64,000 bases of DNA from a virus: IMG/VR virus record IMGVR_UViG_3300033388_006651, positions 64,001 to 128,000 of that record; one strand, written 5' to 3'. Positions 32,812-42,755 of this stretch are shown here, in pieces. Position numbers and translations under genes: made by a program. The notes beneath the pieces are model-generated. The model was not told the DNA's origin, did no database searches, and saw nothing but the letters and a program-made list of their open reading frames with translations. The first letter of the stretch is position 1. Each line of letters starts with the position of its first letter.

Positions 32812-33570
32812 ATGGAACTAGGAAACATCCACGATCACGAACAACATCACCAATCTTTTCACCCAGACGCCAACTCTCGTCCCGCTCCTGATCCCAGTGC
32901 TGGCATCGGTGCCTTCATGGGCACCGTCTATGCCTGGATGACCGCTGGCCTCGCGCTGTCGGCCGGCACCGCCTACTGGCTCAGCACGCAACCCGAACTC
33001 CTGGTGAGCCTCTTTTCCGGCGTCATGGGTTGGGTGCTCCTGCTCACCCCGTTCGTCCTGATTTTCGTGCTCGGGTTCCGTATCGAGAAGGCGTCTCTTG
33101 TCGAGAACGGGTTCTGGTATCTGCTGATGACCGGCATCATGGGAACCTGGCTGACCGGCATCGCCGTGCAAGCCGGTGAGGACCCGGCCTTCGCCACCTC
33201 GGTGTTTCAGACGCTTGGAGTGACCGTTGCCATGTTCGGTGGCATGTCGCTGACTGGATGGATCACCCGCAAGGACCTGTCCGCGATGGGCAGTTTCTTC
33301 GCCGCAGCCCTGTGGGGTCTGATCGCCATGATGCTCATGAACAGTTTCATGTTCCAGAGCCAAGCGATGGGCCTGGGTATTTCCGCCATTGCCATCGTGA
33401 TTTTCGCGGGCCTCACCGCCTACGACACGCAGAAGATCAAGGAGTACTACTACTCCCACGGTGCCCATCACGGGCTCGCCATCTGGGGTGCGCTGACGCT
33501 GTACCTCGACTTCGTCAACCTCTTCATCCACCTGCTCCGGTTCTTCGGCGCTGGCGGCAGCGACGACTAG
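32812..33570 (+). CDS. Bax inhibitor-1/YccA family membrane protein
   Basis: FM..VY.WM..GL, TRKDLS.MG, AYDTQKIK, GALTLYLDF.NLF..LL. Confidence 0.92.
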   Translation: MELGNIHDHEQHHQSFHPDANSRPAPDPSAGIGAFMGTVYAWMTAGLALSAGTAYWLSTQPELLVSLFSGVMGWVLLLTPFVLIFVLGFRIEKASLVENGFWYLLMTGIMGTWLTGIAVQAGEDPAFATSVFQTLGVTVAMFGGMSLTGWITRKDLSAMGSFFAAALWGLIAMMLMNSFMFQSQAMGLGISAIAIVIFAGLTAYDTQKIKEYYYSHGAHHGLAIWGALTLYLDFVNLFIHLLRFFGAGGSDD

Positions 33571-33615
33571 GAGTGCGGGTGAAATAACCTGGGCTCGCTC
33601 GGGTTAGGAACTACG

Positions 33616-33879
33616 ATGGAACAAACGAACACAGACACGTCCTGGACTCCGTTCTACTACGAGAGCAACCAGTACTTCGGTTGGATCGAAAGCCCCACCG
33701 ACTGGGAAAAGGTCAAGACGGCCTACTCGCAGCGGGGCGGAATCCTGACCACGGACGAGTTGCTCGACAAATCCCACGTGGCGCCCGGTGCACCGCACAT
33801 CAAGTACGGGCTGCGCAGTGAGTGTGACGGGGACAAGACGCTACGAGAGTTTTTCACTGAGCAGGGCATGGCGCCCTGA
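33616..33879 (+). CDS. hypothetical protein
   Basis: AGGA RBS; 87-aa ORF. Confidence 0.55.
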   Translation: MEQTNTDTSWTPFYYESNQYFGWIESPTDWEKVKTAYSQRGGILTTDELLDKSHVAPGAPHIKYGLRSECDGDKTLREFFTEQGMAP

Positions 33880-33995
33880 TCAGGGATCAGTTGGCCTAGA
33901 CGGGGATTTGTCCTCCATCGGCCCTGTCTAAGCTCCCAGAGGGCACCAGAACGGTTCTGGTGCCCTCTCTTTTTGGTGAGGGGTACAAAGAGAGC

Positions 33996-34313
33996 ATGAC
34001 GCCAACGATCTCCCAGGTGGTTGTGATGGCGCTGGCCATCGGCACCGTGTCCATGACCATCACGAAGGCCAGTTTCTTCGAGTGGTTCCGTAACTGGCTC
34101 GAGGATCACACCGACTTCCTGGCGGACCTGTTCTCGTGCCCCTACTGCATGAGTCACTGGGTCGCCCTGGGAGTCATGTTCCTGTACCAGCCGCTCATCC
34201 TCGACACGGGGAATAAGTGGCCCGATCTAATGATGTCCTGGTTTGCGCTGGTCGCCTTGGGTTCGCTGGTCGCCGGAGCGATTTCCCGGATTTTCGGAGG
34301 CGTTCACGAGTAA
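33996..34313 (+). CDS. DUF1360-like membrane protein
   Basis: FEWFR...LFSCPYCMSHW; three hydrophobic segments. Confidence 0.7.
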   Translation: MTPTISQVVVMALAIGTVSMTITKASFFEWFRNWLEDHTDFLADLFSCPYCMSHWVALGVMFLYQPLILDTGNKWPDLMMSWFALVALGSLVAGAISRIFGGVHE

Positions 34314-34485
34314 GGGTCTTGCGCTTCCCTCGGGGAGTGCCCAGCTCCATTTGACAAGTTACGTTGTTGCGCCCACTATGACATTGACGATCAGCCAAAG
34401 ACCAAGTCGGTCACCGGATCTGATAGCCGAGGCATGTCGCCTCTTCGTCTTGCCCAGCTTTTGCTGGAAAGGAGAAGAAGAAGCG

Positions 34486-35259
34486 ATGTCCCAAAAATAC
34501 TACGTCTACGTCTATCTGGATCCCCGGCACTATCCTCCTGAGCCCGTCTACGTTGGTAAAGGTCATGGGAAGCGGGCATGGGCCCATCTGTCCTGGACCC
34601 ATAACGCGTGGCTGCGTCGGAAACTTCAGCGTATTCGCCGTGCAGGTTTGGAACCTGTCGTCGAGATTCTCCAAAAGGGGCTCACTGCTGGAGAAGCGAA
34701 TGAACAGGAACGGCTGCTCATTGCACAGCATGGAAGAGCCGACCAAGGAAAGGGCACCCTCTGCAATTTCACTGACGGAGGGGAGGGCACGCCCGGCCGG
34801 GTCCCGACCCCTGAGACCCGAGCACTTTGGTCGCAACAACGCTCCCGACCTCAGACCCCTGCGCAGTATGCAGCCAACTGTGCCAGGACTCAGACGGCGC
34901 AGTCTCGATCTCGTATTTCGGAAGCGACGAAAGGTCACCAGTGGCATACGCCAGGGCAGATCGAAGCTATCCAACGATCAAATGCTACGCGAAAGGTAAG
35001 TGAAGAGACACGTACGAAGATGAGCGTGACGCGAAAAGCCAAAGGTCTGTCGGGGTCTCGACAGGAGAAGATGCGAACCGCCAAAAAACGCGCTCAGGAA
35101 TCACGCACCCCCGAAGAACAAGCCGCTATCGTAGAGAAGACTGCCAGTAAAAATCGTGGCAAAAAACGTTCGGAAGAGACTAAACGCAAGCTGAAAGAGG
35201 CATGGGCGAGAAGACGGGAAAAATGGGGTCCTTCCGGGCAACCCCCGAGGGAACAGTGA
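34486..35259 (+). CDS. GIY-YIG homing endonuclease with NUMOD3-like repeats
   Basis: YYVYVY..YVGKG..R, N.TDGGEG, SEETR.KMS repeats. Confidence 0.85.
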   Translation: MSQKYYVYVYLDPRHYPPEPVYVGKGHGKRAWAHLSWTHNAWLRRKLQRIRRAGLEPVVEILQKGLTAGEANEQERLLIAQHGRADQGKGTLCNFTDGGEGTPGRVPTPETRALWSQQRSRPQTPAQYAANCARTQTAQSRSRISEATKGHQWHTPGQIEAIQRSNATRKVSEETRTKMSVTRKAKGLSGSRQEKMRTAKKRAQESRTPEEQAAIVEKTASKNRGKKRSEETKRKLKEAWARRREKWGPSGQPPREQ

Positions 35260-35768
35260 CTTGGAGATGGCCACTCTGGGGCGCTCCGCCCCGGCTCCCT
35301 GATGAGCCGGGACAGTTCGGCGCCGTGCGCAAGCACGACATCCACACGGGAGTCGACCTCTACACCTATCCCGGCTCCTGTGTCCTCGCGGTCGAGGATG
35401 GTGTGGTGGTCGCCATCGAGGATTTCACCGGTGCCGTGGCGGGATCACCTTGGTGGGCCGATACCCAGGCAATCCTCGTTGAGGGGAAATCGGGCGTAGT
35501 GTGCTACGGGGAGCTGATAGCGCCCAGAAGGCTCGCTGTGGGGGACCGGATTCAGGCGGATGGATTCCTCGGGTGCGTAAAAACAGTGCTGCGGCAGGAC
35601 AAGGGCCGACCCATGACCATGCTCCACTTTGAACTGTACACGCACGGGACGCGTGAGACCGTCTGGTGGCGCCTGGGAGAGCCCCGCCCTGCCAATCTCT
35701 TGGACCCCACCGAGCAGCTTACCGAAGCTCTGGAGACCACACAGGCGCTCACGGAGGTGCGTCCATGA
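35256..35768 (+). CDS. M23 family peptidase
   Basis: HTGVDL, V.AVEDG.V, LHFE. Confidence 0.8.
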   Translation: MTWRWPLWGAPPRLPDEPGQFGAVRKHDIHTGVDLYTYPGSCVLAVEDGVVVAIEDFTGAVAGSPWWADTQAILVEGKSGVVCYGELIAPRRLAVGDRIQADGFLGCVKTVLRQDKGRPMTMLHFELYTHGTRETVWWRLGEPRPANLLDPTEQLTEALETTQALTEVRP

Positions 35769-36139
35769 AGTGTCAGCGATCCGGCCAGTGCTGCATCACG
35801 ATGGCCGTCGTCGTCCCGGTATGGACGCAAGATGGTGTCCGTGCACGCTACAAGCCCGGAGATATGCCGTGCCCTCACCTGTCCTACGAAGGTCCGATAG
35901 CTTCATGCGCCGTGCGTGACAAACCCGAGTACATCGGCTCCCCGTGCTGGACCTACGGGAACTCTGATGTGGATCCCGACTTCGTATCCAAACGTGGCCG
36001 ACCGTGCCCCGTGGGCAAACTGATCCAAAACCGAGGGGGTGTCCCCCTCGTGTTTCCTGACCGGCTCAAGCGTCGCGTTGTCGATGTCATGCTGGAGGAC
36101 CTGGGGCCGTGGCCTGAAGAAAATGAGCGTCCCTCATGA
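35765..36139 (+). CDS. Cys-cluster (YkgJ-like) protein
   Basis: CQRSGQCC...CPHL...CAV...C. Confidence 0.65.
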   Translation: MKCQRSGQCCITMAVVVPVWTQDGVRARYKPGDMPCPHLSYEGPIASCAVRDKPEYIGSPCWTYGNSDVDPDFVSKRGRPCPVGKLIQNRGGVPLVFPDRLKRRVVDVMLEDLGPWPEENERPS

Positions 36140-36239
36140 TCTCGCCGCCCATTTGCCAGTTCTGCTACAGCGCGGGACTCCTCGATTGGCGCCGGGACCA
36201 GGAAATGCCATGTCCCAAAGGTCGCCTCAAGGGGGCCGC

Positions 36240-36698
36240 GTGTTGACCACCCTCTACTGCGATGCTTCGTTCTGTCCTGACAAGAAAGTGGGAGGCTGGG
36301 CCATCTGGCTCCGGAGCGAGCACGGACGCATCGTCGAGGACGGCCCGACGCCAGAGTATTGCCAGAATTCCTACGAGGCTGAGCTGGCTGCGATTTACGC
36401 GGGCATCTACCGGACCTCAAGACGCTGGCCGATGACGGCCGCGATCCTGGTGCGCTCAGACTGCCAGACCGCACTCGATCTCATGGAGAACCGTTACGAA
36501 GCTCGGTCGGGCGGTGGGCGCCGTTTGGCGACCAAGATCCAGGAGCTCAAAGCTCGTCACGACCTCCGACTCATCCCTCGATGGGTCAAGGGGCATCAGC
36601 GCGGGTCCAAGACGGATGCGTGGCTCAACAACAAGGTGGACGAGCTGGCCCGCAAAGTCATGGAAGCCGAGCGCCTGAAAGCAGGAACAACACAATGA
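36240..36698 (+). CDS. RNase H (type 1)
   Basis: YCDAS, AEL.AI, SDCQ, WVKGH, N.KVDELA; start uncertain. Confidence 0.85.
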   Translation: MLTTLYCDASFCPDKKVGGWAIWLRSEHGRIVEDGPTPEYCQNSYEAELAAIYAGIYRTSRRWPMTAAILVRSDCQTALDLMENRYEARSGGGRRLATKIQELKARHDLRLIPRWVKGHQRGSKTDAWLNNKVDELARKVMEAERLKAGTTQ

Positions 36699-37138
36699 TG
36701 GACCTCTGTTACTTCTGTTCTAACACCGGGTTCGTCGACTGGGCCGAGGCCCAAAAGGAGCCGTGCCGTAACGGGTGCGAGCCTCCGGTACCGATGACCT
36801 CCAAACAGCGAACGGCTTACCTGCGCCGTCTCGAGCTGAGCGGAGTACGGGCCCGCAGGAAAGGGTCCCAGGACCACACACGGCAGTTCACGAAGATGCT
36901 GTTTTGCGGTGCAGGAGACCAGACGCGATACGACGTTGCGTGTCTTCACGAGCGTATCGAGAACGCTCTCAACCATCTCAGTGGGCGGCAGCAGGGTCCG
37001 CACTGGCAGCAGCAACCGAGCCAGGAAATGCTCGACCGCGAGAAACAGCTCAACGACGAAGCCGAACTTGTGTGCGAGCAAGTGGCCAGGGACGTTGCCA
37101 TGGCCCTCACGGGCAAGAGCATTACCTTCGTGGAATAA
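36695..37138 (+). CDS. hypothetical protein
   Basis: ATGA-coupled; N-terminal CYFC..G..C..C. Confidence 0.6.
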   Translation: MMDLCYFCSNTGFVDWAEAQKEPCRNGCEPPVPMTSKQRTAYLRRLELSGVRARRKGSQDHTRQFTKMLFCGAGDQTRYDVACLHERIENALNHLSGRQQGPHWQQQPSQEMLDREKQLNDEAELVCEQVARDVAMALTGKSITFVE

Positions 37139-37177
37139 CCTCACGCTGACCTAGGTAACGAGAGGGAAGGAGAAAAT

Positions 37178-37519
37178 ATGGCATACGGAGATGAAGGAGC
37201 CGTTTGGCTCAAGATCATGGTGTTCGGAGCGCTCGCTATGGGTGCGTTAGTTCTTGGAGCGGGCAACTGCGAGGCCGACGGGACCGCCAACACGCACGTC
37301 AAGGAGATGCTTCACAAGAAGGGCTACACCGACGTGAAGATCACCCACTCGGAGAACCACTGGGGTGCGCCGATCGGATGGGCGTGCGGTGAGAACGACT
37401 ACCACTTGGTCGAGTTCAAGGCGACGAACGTGGCCGGCAACGAAGAGGAAGGCTTCGTGTGTTGTGGCCGGATGGAACCCATCATCGGGTACTCCAAGGG
37501 CTGCACGATCAGGAACTGA
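37178..37519 (+). CDS. membrane-anchored Cys-containing hypothetical protein
   Basis: AAGGAG RBS; N-terminal TM segment; GFVCCG..KGCTIR. Confidence 0.7.
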   Translation: MAYGDEGAVWLKIMVFGALAMGALVLGAGNCEADGTANTHVKEMLHKKGYTDVKITHSENHWGAPIGWACGENDYHLVEFKATNVAGNEEEGFVCCGRMEPIIGYSKGCTIRN

Positions 37520-37842
37520 TGCGGTTCGTCAAGAACGGTACGCACCTCATCGCAGTGGATCGCATCGAGTGGGCGAACTACGACCGCATCGAGGAGCTCA
37601 TTCTGATCGTTGGGTTCCAGGATCAGACGATCCAGATCACGGGCATCGATGCGCTCGAATCGGCGATGGCTTTGCGCCCGTCCATTCTCGAAAGCAAGCG
37701 CCTGGACTGGCCGAAGTTCATGTGGGCCGTGCACAACCTGATCGGTCATCCGGTGATGCAGATCCTCGCGTTGTTCAAGTTTTACGATGCGGCTTTTTGG
37801 GTTCACGATGTGACGGTCCCGAAGCCGAGCGGCGCCAAGTAG
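37519..37842 (+). CDS. hypothetical protein
   Basis: W.VHNLIGHP...W.HD.TVP. Confidence 0.65.
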   Translation: MRFVKNGTHLIAVDRIEWANYDRIEELILIVGFQDQTIQITGIDALESAMALRPSILESKRLDWPKFMWAVHNLIGHPVMQILALFKFYDAAFWVHDVTVPKPSGAK

Positions 37843-37890
37843 TTCCACGAAAGGGATCGCAAGGGTAGCTAGCCTATAGCTCTCCCTCTT

Positions 37891-38109
37891 ATGGAGGACC
37901 TCCTCATGGCAGTACGATCCACAACATCTCAGCACCAGCCCATCCCACCCAACTACACGACGAATGCCAACGCGTTCCACAACATTGGCCGCTACAAGGC
38001 CATCAACAGCGATCCCGCGACCCGTCGTCCCGTCGGCGCCAACATGAGCACCGCTCCGACGACCGCGAACAAGACGCAGTACTTTTACGTGCCCGGTTTG
38101 AACGGCTAG
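37891..38109 (+). CDS. small hypothetical protein
   Basis: Follows the CCTAT motif; start may be ATG 37906. Confidence 0.55.
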   Translation: MEDLLMAVRSTTSQHQPIPPNYTTNANAFHNIGRYKAINSDPATRRPVGANMSTAPTTANKTQYFYVPGLNG

Positions 38110-38172
38110 GGGAGTTAAAACCTCCGTTCGTAGGCGGTCCCTCGCGCGTATAGTCAGTGCGAGGGACTTTTT

Positions 38173-38787
38173 TTGTCCGTAGGACTCTCAAAAACTGTTG
38201 AAACCGGGTTTCTAAGGGACTTTCACTTCTCCACTTTGGCGGACGTGGTCCTGACCGAAGTGTTTGGGGAGCTTCCCCAACCAGGCTGGGTGAAATTCGA
38301 GATCGTGAACCACCTGGACATACCCCGGGACGCGTTTCTTTTCACGATCGTTGTCCACATCACCCCACATAGCCGCTCTGTTGTGGTCGATGGCCGCGTG
38401 ATCCAGTCCCGGTTCAACCGGAACAAACATTTCAAGTTCGAGTTCCCGCTCCCACGCAGTGTCGTCGAGCAGTTCCGCAGCGAAGTGCCCAAGCTCTTCG
38501 TCAAATGGATGAAGGAGACGCTGCTCAAGAACGCGTACCGCATCTACGAGTTCGACCCACGCATCGGGTTCACCTGGGAGGGCGGTGACGGGCTCCCTGC
38601 GTGCCCTCTATTCGATCCTCCCGAGGATTTCTCAAGGACGGGCCTTTCCATGGAGGGGAAGGATGGATCGTTTCTGGAGCCTTCCTGCGCCTTCTGCGGG
38701 GAAGACCATACCGACGACGAGGCACCGGTCTGGGGCGGCGCCAACATGATGTGGCTGCACCGGGGATGTTGGAGGACGCCTTCGTGA
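38173..38787 (+). CDS. hypothetical protein with C-terminal Zn-binding motif
   Basis: CAFCG...WLHRGCW; start uncertain. Confidence 0.55.
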   Translation: MSVGLSKTVETGFLRDFHFSTLADVVLTEVFGELPQPGWVKFEIVNHLDIPRDAFLFTIVVHITPHSRSVVVDGRVIQSRFNRNKHFKFEFPLPRSVVEQFRSEVPKLFVKWMKETLLKNAYRIYEFDPRIGFTWEGGDGLPACPLFDPPEDFSRTGLSMEGKDGSFLEPSCAFCGEDHTDDEAPVWGGANMMWLHRGCWRTPS

Positions 38788-39275
38788 AAAGGGATGTCCT
38801 GGAACATGACCGCGTAGAAGCCTGGAAGGTCAACTCTCCCAGGCAATGGTGGGCATTTGTACAACTAGACGAAGGGGACACGCTGCACGACCGCGTGCTG
38901 GCTGCGGTTCTCGGGGGTCGTGGCGACGACGAAGCCATCGACGAATTGATCCGTTTTGCGGAAGCACTGGAAGCCCATCGCCGAGCGTCCAAGGCGGGTA
39001 CGGTGAAGGCTCCTCCGGCGGTGGGGGAGCGGCGTTCGTTTGCCATCACCGTCAGCAGGATGACGCGCATGGTTAATCCTGCTGGCCCTTTCTTTCGTGT
39101 GGATTTCGTTTGCTCTGACGGGTGGGGCGGTCATTTCGACACAACCAGTCCTGATGTCGTTGAGACGATTTCGAGGTTGAGAAATCGTGCAAAACCGCTA
39201 ACCATCGTCGGCGAAATTTCCCGGCGTCCCTACGAGTTCTACGTCGAGCTCCAAAACAGCGTCAGAATCGTGTGA
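38784..39275 (+). CDS. hypothetical protein, possible OB fold
   Basis: GTGA-coupled; beta-rich C-terminal half. Confidence 0.55.
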   Translation: MKRDVLEHDRVEAWKVNSPRQWWAFVQLDEGDTLHDRVLAAVLGGRGDDEAIDELIRFAEALEAHRRASKAGTVKAPPAVGERRSFAITVSRMTRMVNPAGPFFRVDFVCSDGWGGHFDTTSPDVVETISRLRNRAKPLTIVGEISRRPYEFYVELQNSVRIV

Positions 39276-39282
39276 GGAACAA

Positions 39283-40119
39283 ATGCCCAAGGCCAAGCCC
39301 TACTCAGGTCCAGTAGAAAAAAGCGTCGCACGACAACTCCTGAACAGCACAGGACACTCGGTCGAGATCAACGGGCAGCCTCTGTTGTTGGGGGACGCTC
39401 TGTTGGCCGCGGCCGAGCAGCTCGAAGAACTGGTTGCCGAAGCGAACTCGCAGCTCGAAGACAACGAGTTCGCCAAGATCATCGCAGAGCATTTGGCCAT
39501 CGAGCTGAACCGACGCGGCGGGGCCGAGATCGCGGTCACCGACAGCGGCACCGTTCAGCTCTACGTCAACTACAAGAATCATCCTCGAAGTCGGAAGCCG
39601 CAACGCAAACGCAAGTTGCCGTTGATGGAGGAGCTCAAGGTTCGAGCCGAAGAGCTTGGGGTGGGGATTCCCTCGGAGCTGGGCATCAAGCGCTCCCAGA
39701 TCGTTGCGTGGCTAGATCAGGTGGAGAAGGGTGAGACCCCGGTTATCAAGAAGGCCAAGCCCAAGAAGACCAAGCCGAAGAAGGCGATAGTTCAGACCGC
39801 CGACGATCCACCAGAGGCGGACGACGGCCCCATGTCCGCGGGCCCTGACGAGACCAAGGTGTCGCGTCCGTTGGACGATGTGGTCCCTCCTCCGAAGAAG
39901 CGGGGGATCGTGAAAACATCGGAGCCGGCTCCAGGTCCGGTCGTTGTGGGCGCCGAAGCGGTGGCAGATTCTCCGGCCCCGAGCCCGAAGGAGATCAAAA
40001 CCCCGAAATCCGGGGCCGATGGTGCTTCTAAGGCCAAAGGACGGAACATGCGGCAGCTTGTTGAGGACAGCAAGGACGTGAGCATCGCGGACCTTTTGGC
40101 CTCCGATCCGCCTAAATAG
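39283..40119 (+). CDS. hypothetical protein
   Basis: GAGG RBS; low-complexity C-terminus. Confidence 0.7.
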   Translation: MPKAKPYSGPVEKSVARQLLNSTGHSVEINGQPLLLGDALLAAAEQLEELVAEANSQLEDNEFAKIIAEHLAIELNRRGGAEIAVTDSGTVQLYVNYKNHPRSRKPQRKRKLPLMEELKVRAEELGVGIPSELGIKRSQIVAWLDQVEKGETPVIKKAKPKKTKPKKAIVQTADDPPEADDGPMSAGPDETKVSRPLDDVVPPPKKRGIVKTSEPAPGPVVVGAEAVADSPAPSPKEIKTPKSGADGASKAKGRNMRQLVEDSKDVSIADLLASDPPK

Positions 40120-40151
40120 CGCGAATCCTCCTATGGACTTCTACTCTGTAG

Positions 40152-40598
40152 ATGTCCCTGAATCATTGTCGGGTCTGCGCACAATGTACGCAGCATCCAT
40201 GCACCTGCATTTCCAACTTCTGGATTCTCCCGGAGTCGGGAAAGAACACCCTCAAAGGGTGTGAGTGCGACCCCGAGAATCCGATTCGGCTCCAGGACTG
40301 TTTCGTGATGCACGCGATCCAGCACTCGCAGAAGGCTCGAAACGATTTTTGCGATCTCTACCCCTCCTTGTTCCCCTGCGAGAAGGAACGTTTCGATCTC
40401 CTGTTCGGCGACAATCAGTACATCTCGCAGCTCGTGGTTGATCAGACGACTGATCAAGACACGTTCCAGCGACGGATGAACAACATCCCCGTCCATACGG
40501 CCGGGCGCGATGGTGGTCTGCGGCTTCCCGTGGGGTCTGTGACGGTGAACTTGCCGCCCCATTTGCAGCCGACCCGACAACCAACAAAATGTGGCTGA
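40152..40598 (+). CDS. Cys-rich hypothetical protein
   Basis: Follows the CCTAT motif; CRVC..C..CTC. Confidence 0.6.
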   Translation: MSLNHCRVCAQCTQHPCTCISNFWILPESGKNTLKGCECDPENPIRLQDCFVMHAIQHSQKARNDFCDLYPSLFPCEKERFDLLFGDNQYISQLVVDQTTDQDTFQRRMNNIPVHTAGRDGGLRLPVGSVTVNLPPHLQPTRQPTKCG

Positions 40599-40600
40599 GC

Positions 40601-40966
40601 ATGGCTGAAAACTCTGGAAGCAACCCAACTCTCGACAAGCTCGTCGAACCTGCTGATCACCATCACGAAAAAGCGTGGTGGCAGTCCAAGAAGTTCATCG
40701 CCTTCCTGCTTTGTGAGCTTGGGTTTTTCCTCCTGATGGGAGCAATGCTTTACCTACAGGAGATGGATAAGCTCGGGGAAAACATCGCGTTCATGGTCCT
40801 CGCCGTCACGGCTGGCTTTGGCATGGTGGGATATTGCCTTGGCCAGAGTTATATCGATCGCTACATTCGCGTGGCTGCGATCATGGTTGGAAAACCGATG
40901 GGCGGCGAAGAGGAGCCGGCAAAAATTCCTGAGCTGGATGAGGAGAAGGATGGGCCGACTGATTGA
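40601..40966 (+). CDS. two-TM membrane protein (holin-like size)
   Basis: WQSKKFIAF..TM..TM..GQSYID; acidic tail. Confidence 0.6.
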   Translation: MAENSGSNPTLDKLVEPADHHHEKAWWQSKKFIAFLLCELGFFLLMGAMLYLQEMDKLGENIAFMVLAVTAGFGMVGYCLGQSYIDRYIRVAAIMVGKPMGGEEEPAKIPELDEEKDGPTD

Positions 40967-41720
40967 CCTGACCGGCCAGAAGTTCGGTTCCCGATTGGTT
41001 CTTGGACCCGCATGCACGGGTCGGTGGGGACGTAGGTGGAGGGTGCGCTGTGTTTGCGGTCGGGAGGACGATGTGTACGGGACGAATCTCCGAAACGGTA
41101 AGAGTCTACGGTGCCGCTCCTGTCGTGATCAGCCTCGGTGCAAAATTCCACTGGACCTGACCAATCCAGATTGGTGCTGGCTTCTTGGTGTATTTCACGG
41201 TGACGGGCACGCACGAATTGGAACGAAGGGCGGCGGGGAAGTGTTTTTTGCGTGCAAACCGGAACCGGACCAGGACAAACTGGTAGAGGCGATGCGACGC
41301 CTTGGGGTGTGCTCTACGGCGTCGAAGGGTGGCGTAGGAGTATATTCGGTCCACTTAGCTCGACAGCTTTTCAAGTTCAAAGTCTGCGGAGTAGACCAAG
41401 AAGCATGGATGCTGCCGGAGGCCCCTTGTCATGTGGGGGAGTGGTTGGCTGGTGGTTTTGATGCAGATGGGCACGTGAGCCTGGAAGGGACGGAGATCAC
41501 CTTCTCCCAGAAATCTCATGGAGGAATGACGCTGATTGGGCAGGCGTTGGCCGGTTTTGGCATCAAGTTCTCGACGTACCATGAGGACGCTCGCGGGACT
41601 TCTCGTGCTCGAGATCGATTACGCATTCGCGCGGCCTCCCGTGAACTTTTCCGAAACAACGTCCATCCCCGTTACCCCAGAAAACAGTCTCGCCTGACGC
41701 AGGCACTCTCTTCAAACTGA
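40950..41720 (+). CDS. LAGLIDADG homing endonuclease
   Basis: IDLTGQKFG N-terminal domain, WLLGVFHGDG, WLAGGFDADG. Confidence 0.85.
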   Translation: MGRLIDLTGQKFGSRLVLGPACTGRWGRRWRVRCVCGREDDVYGTNLRNGKSLRCRSCRDQPRCKIPLDLTNPDWCWLLGVFHGDGHARIGTKGGGEVFFACKPEPDQDKLVEAMRRLGVCSTASKGGVGVYSVHLARQLFKFKVCGVDQEAWMLPEAPCHVGEWLAGGFDADGHVSLEGTEITFSQKSHGGMTLIGQALAGFGIKFSTYHEDARGTSRARDRLRIRAASRELFRNNVHPRYPRKQSRLTQALSSN

Positions 41721-41730
41721 AAGGAATCAA

Positions 41731-42192
41731 ATGTCAAGACACGCTCCGCCGATGTATCGCAAAGTCCGCAGGAAAGTCCCGCCTCGCCCCACTCGTCCGA
41801 TCACCGGACCCGTTCCGGCTGCTGTCCCTGAGACCGTAGCGGCGCCCGAAGCACCGAAGAAGAGGGTGGCGAAGAAAACGGCCAAAAAGAAAGCCGTGGC
41901 GAAGAAGGCTCCGGCCAAGAAGAAGGCGGCCAAGAAAAAAACCGTGGCGAAGAAGGCTCCTGCCAAAAAAGCTGCTCCCAAGAAGAAGGCTGCGGCAAAG
42001 AAAGCCGCTCCCAAGAAGGCAGCCAAGAAGGCCACCAAGAAAAAGGTGAAGGCCATCAAGTGGGACGAGACGATGACCCAGAAGGCCCTCTACAAGAAGG
42101 CCAAGACTGCGGGACTCGACGTGAAGGCGCGGGACTGGAAGTCCGAGATCATCGCCGAGATCAAGAAGCACAACAAGAAAGCTGCCAAGTAA
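41731..42192 (+). CDS. histone H1-like Lys/Ala-rich protein
   Basis: KKA(P)AKK repeats and a small C-terminal helical domain. Confidence 0.75.
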   Translation: MSRHAPPMYRKVRRKVPPRPTRPITGPVPAAVPETVAAPEAPKKRVAKKTAKKKAVAKKAPAKKKAAKKKTVAKKAPAKKAAPKKKAAAKKAAPKKAAKKATKKKVKAIKWDETMTQKALYKKAKTAGLDVKARDWKSEIIAEIKKHNKKAAK

Positions 42193-42202
42193 GGAATGCG
42201 CC

Positions 42203-42577
42203 ATGCAGAAGTGGGTGAAGTACACGATTCTCGGACTCGTCGCAGCGACAACGCTGGGCGCCTGCAAAAAGGGGGTCGTTCTACGTGACCCGGAGACCTA
42301 TAAGAATGAGGTCTACCTGCTGCAGATGGCCATCGAGCAGGACACAGAACTGCTGGCCGAACACATCAATGACGGTTCGTGCTCCTGTGACGAGGACGGC
42401 GCATGGAACAATGACGTTTGTGAGGCGTCTGCGTTCAACGTCGTCGTGATGCGCAAGCGCCTGGACTGGCACATCGCGGTGATGCTGTACCTCGGGGGCA
42501 TCGAAGAAGAGAAGCCTGGCGACGAGCCTCCCGTTTCGGAAGATGAAGTCGCGGAGCTCTGTCCTGACAACGGGTAG
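42203..42577 (+). CDS. lipoprotein
   Basis: LGAC lipobox. Confidence 0.7.
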   Translation: MQKWVKYTILGLVAATTLGACKKGVVLRDPETYKNEVYLLQMAIEQDTELLAEHINDGSCSCDEDGAWNNDVCEASAFNVVVMRKRLDWHIAVMLYLGGIEEEKPGDEPPVSEDEVAELCPDNG

Positions 42578-42755
42578 CGTAGTTCATGGCCATCAAAACT
42601 GATCAGCAGTATTTCATCGACGAGGATGGTCAGCTTCTCCTCGGGGACCTGAGCTGGATAAATTGTTCTGACGATGATCCTGACCGGTCACCTGGAACTG
42701 AGGGACAGCGCTTCGTCGTGATCGAGAAAAGTCCTCTAACCGAGAAGGGATAACG

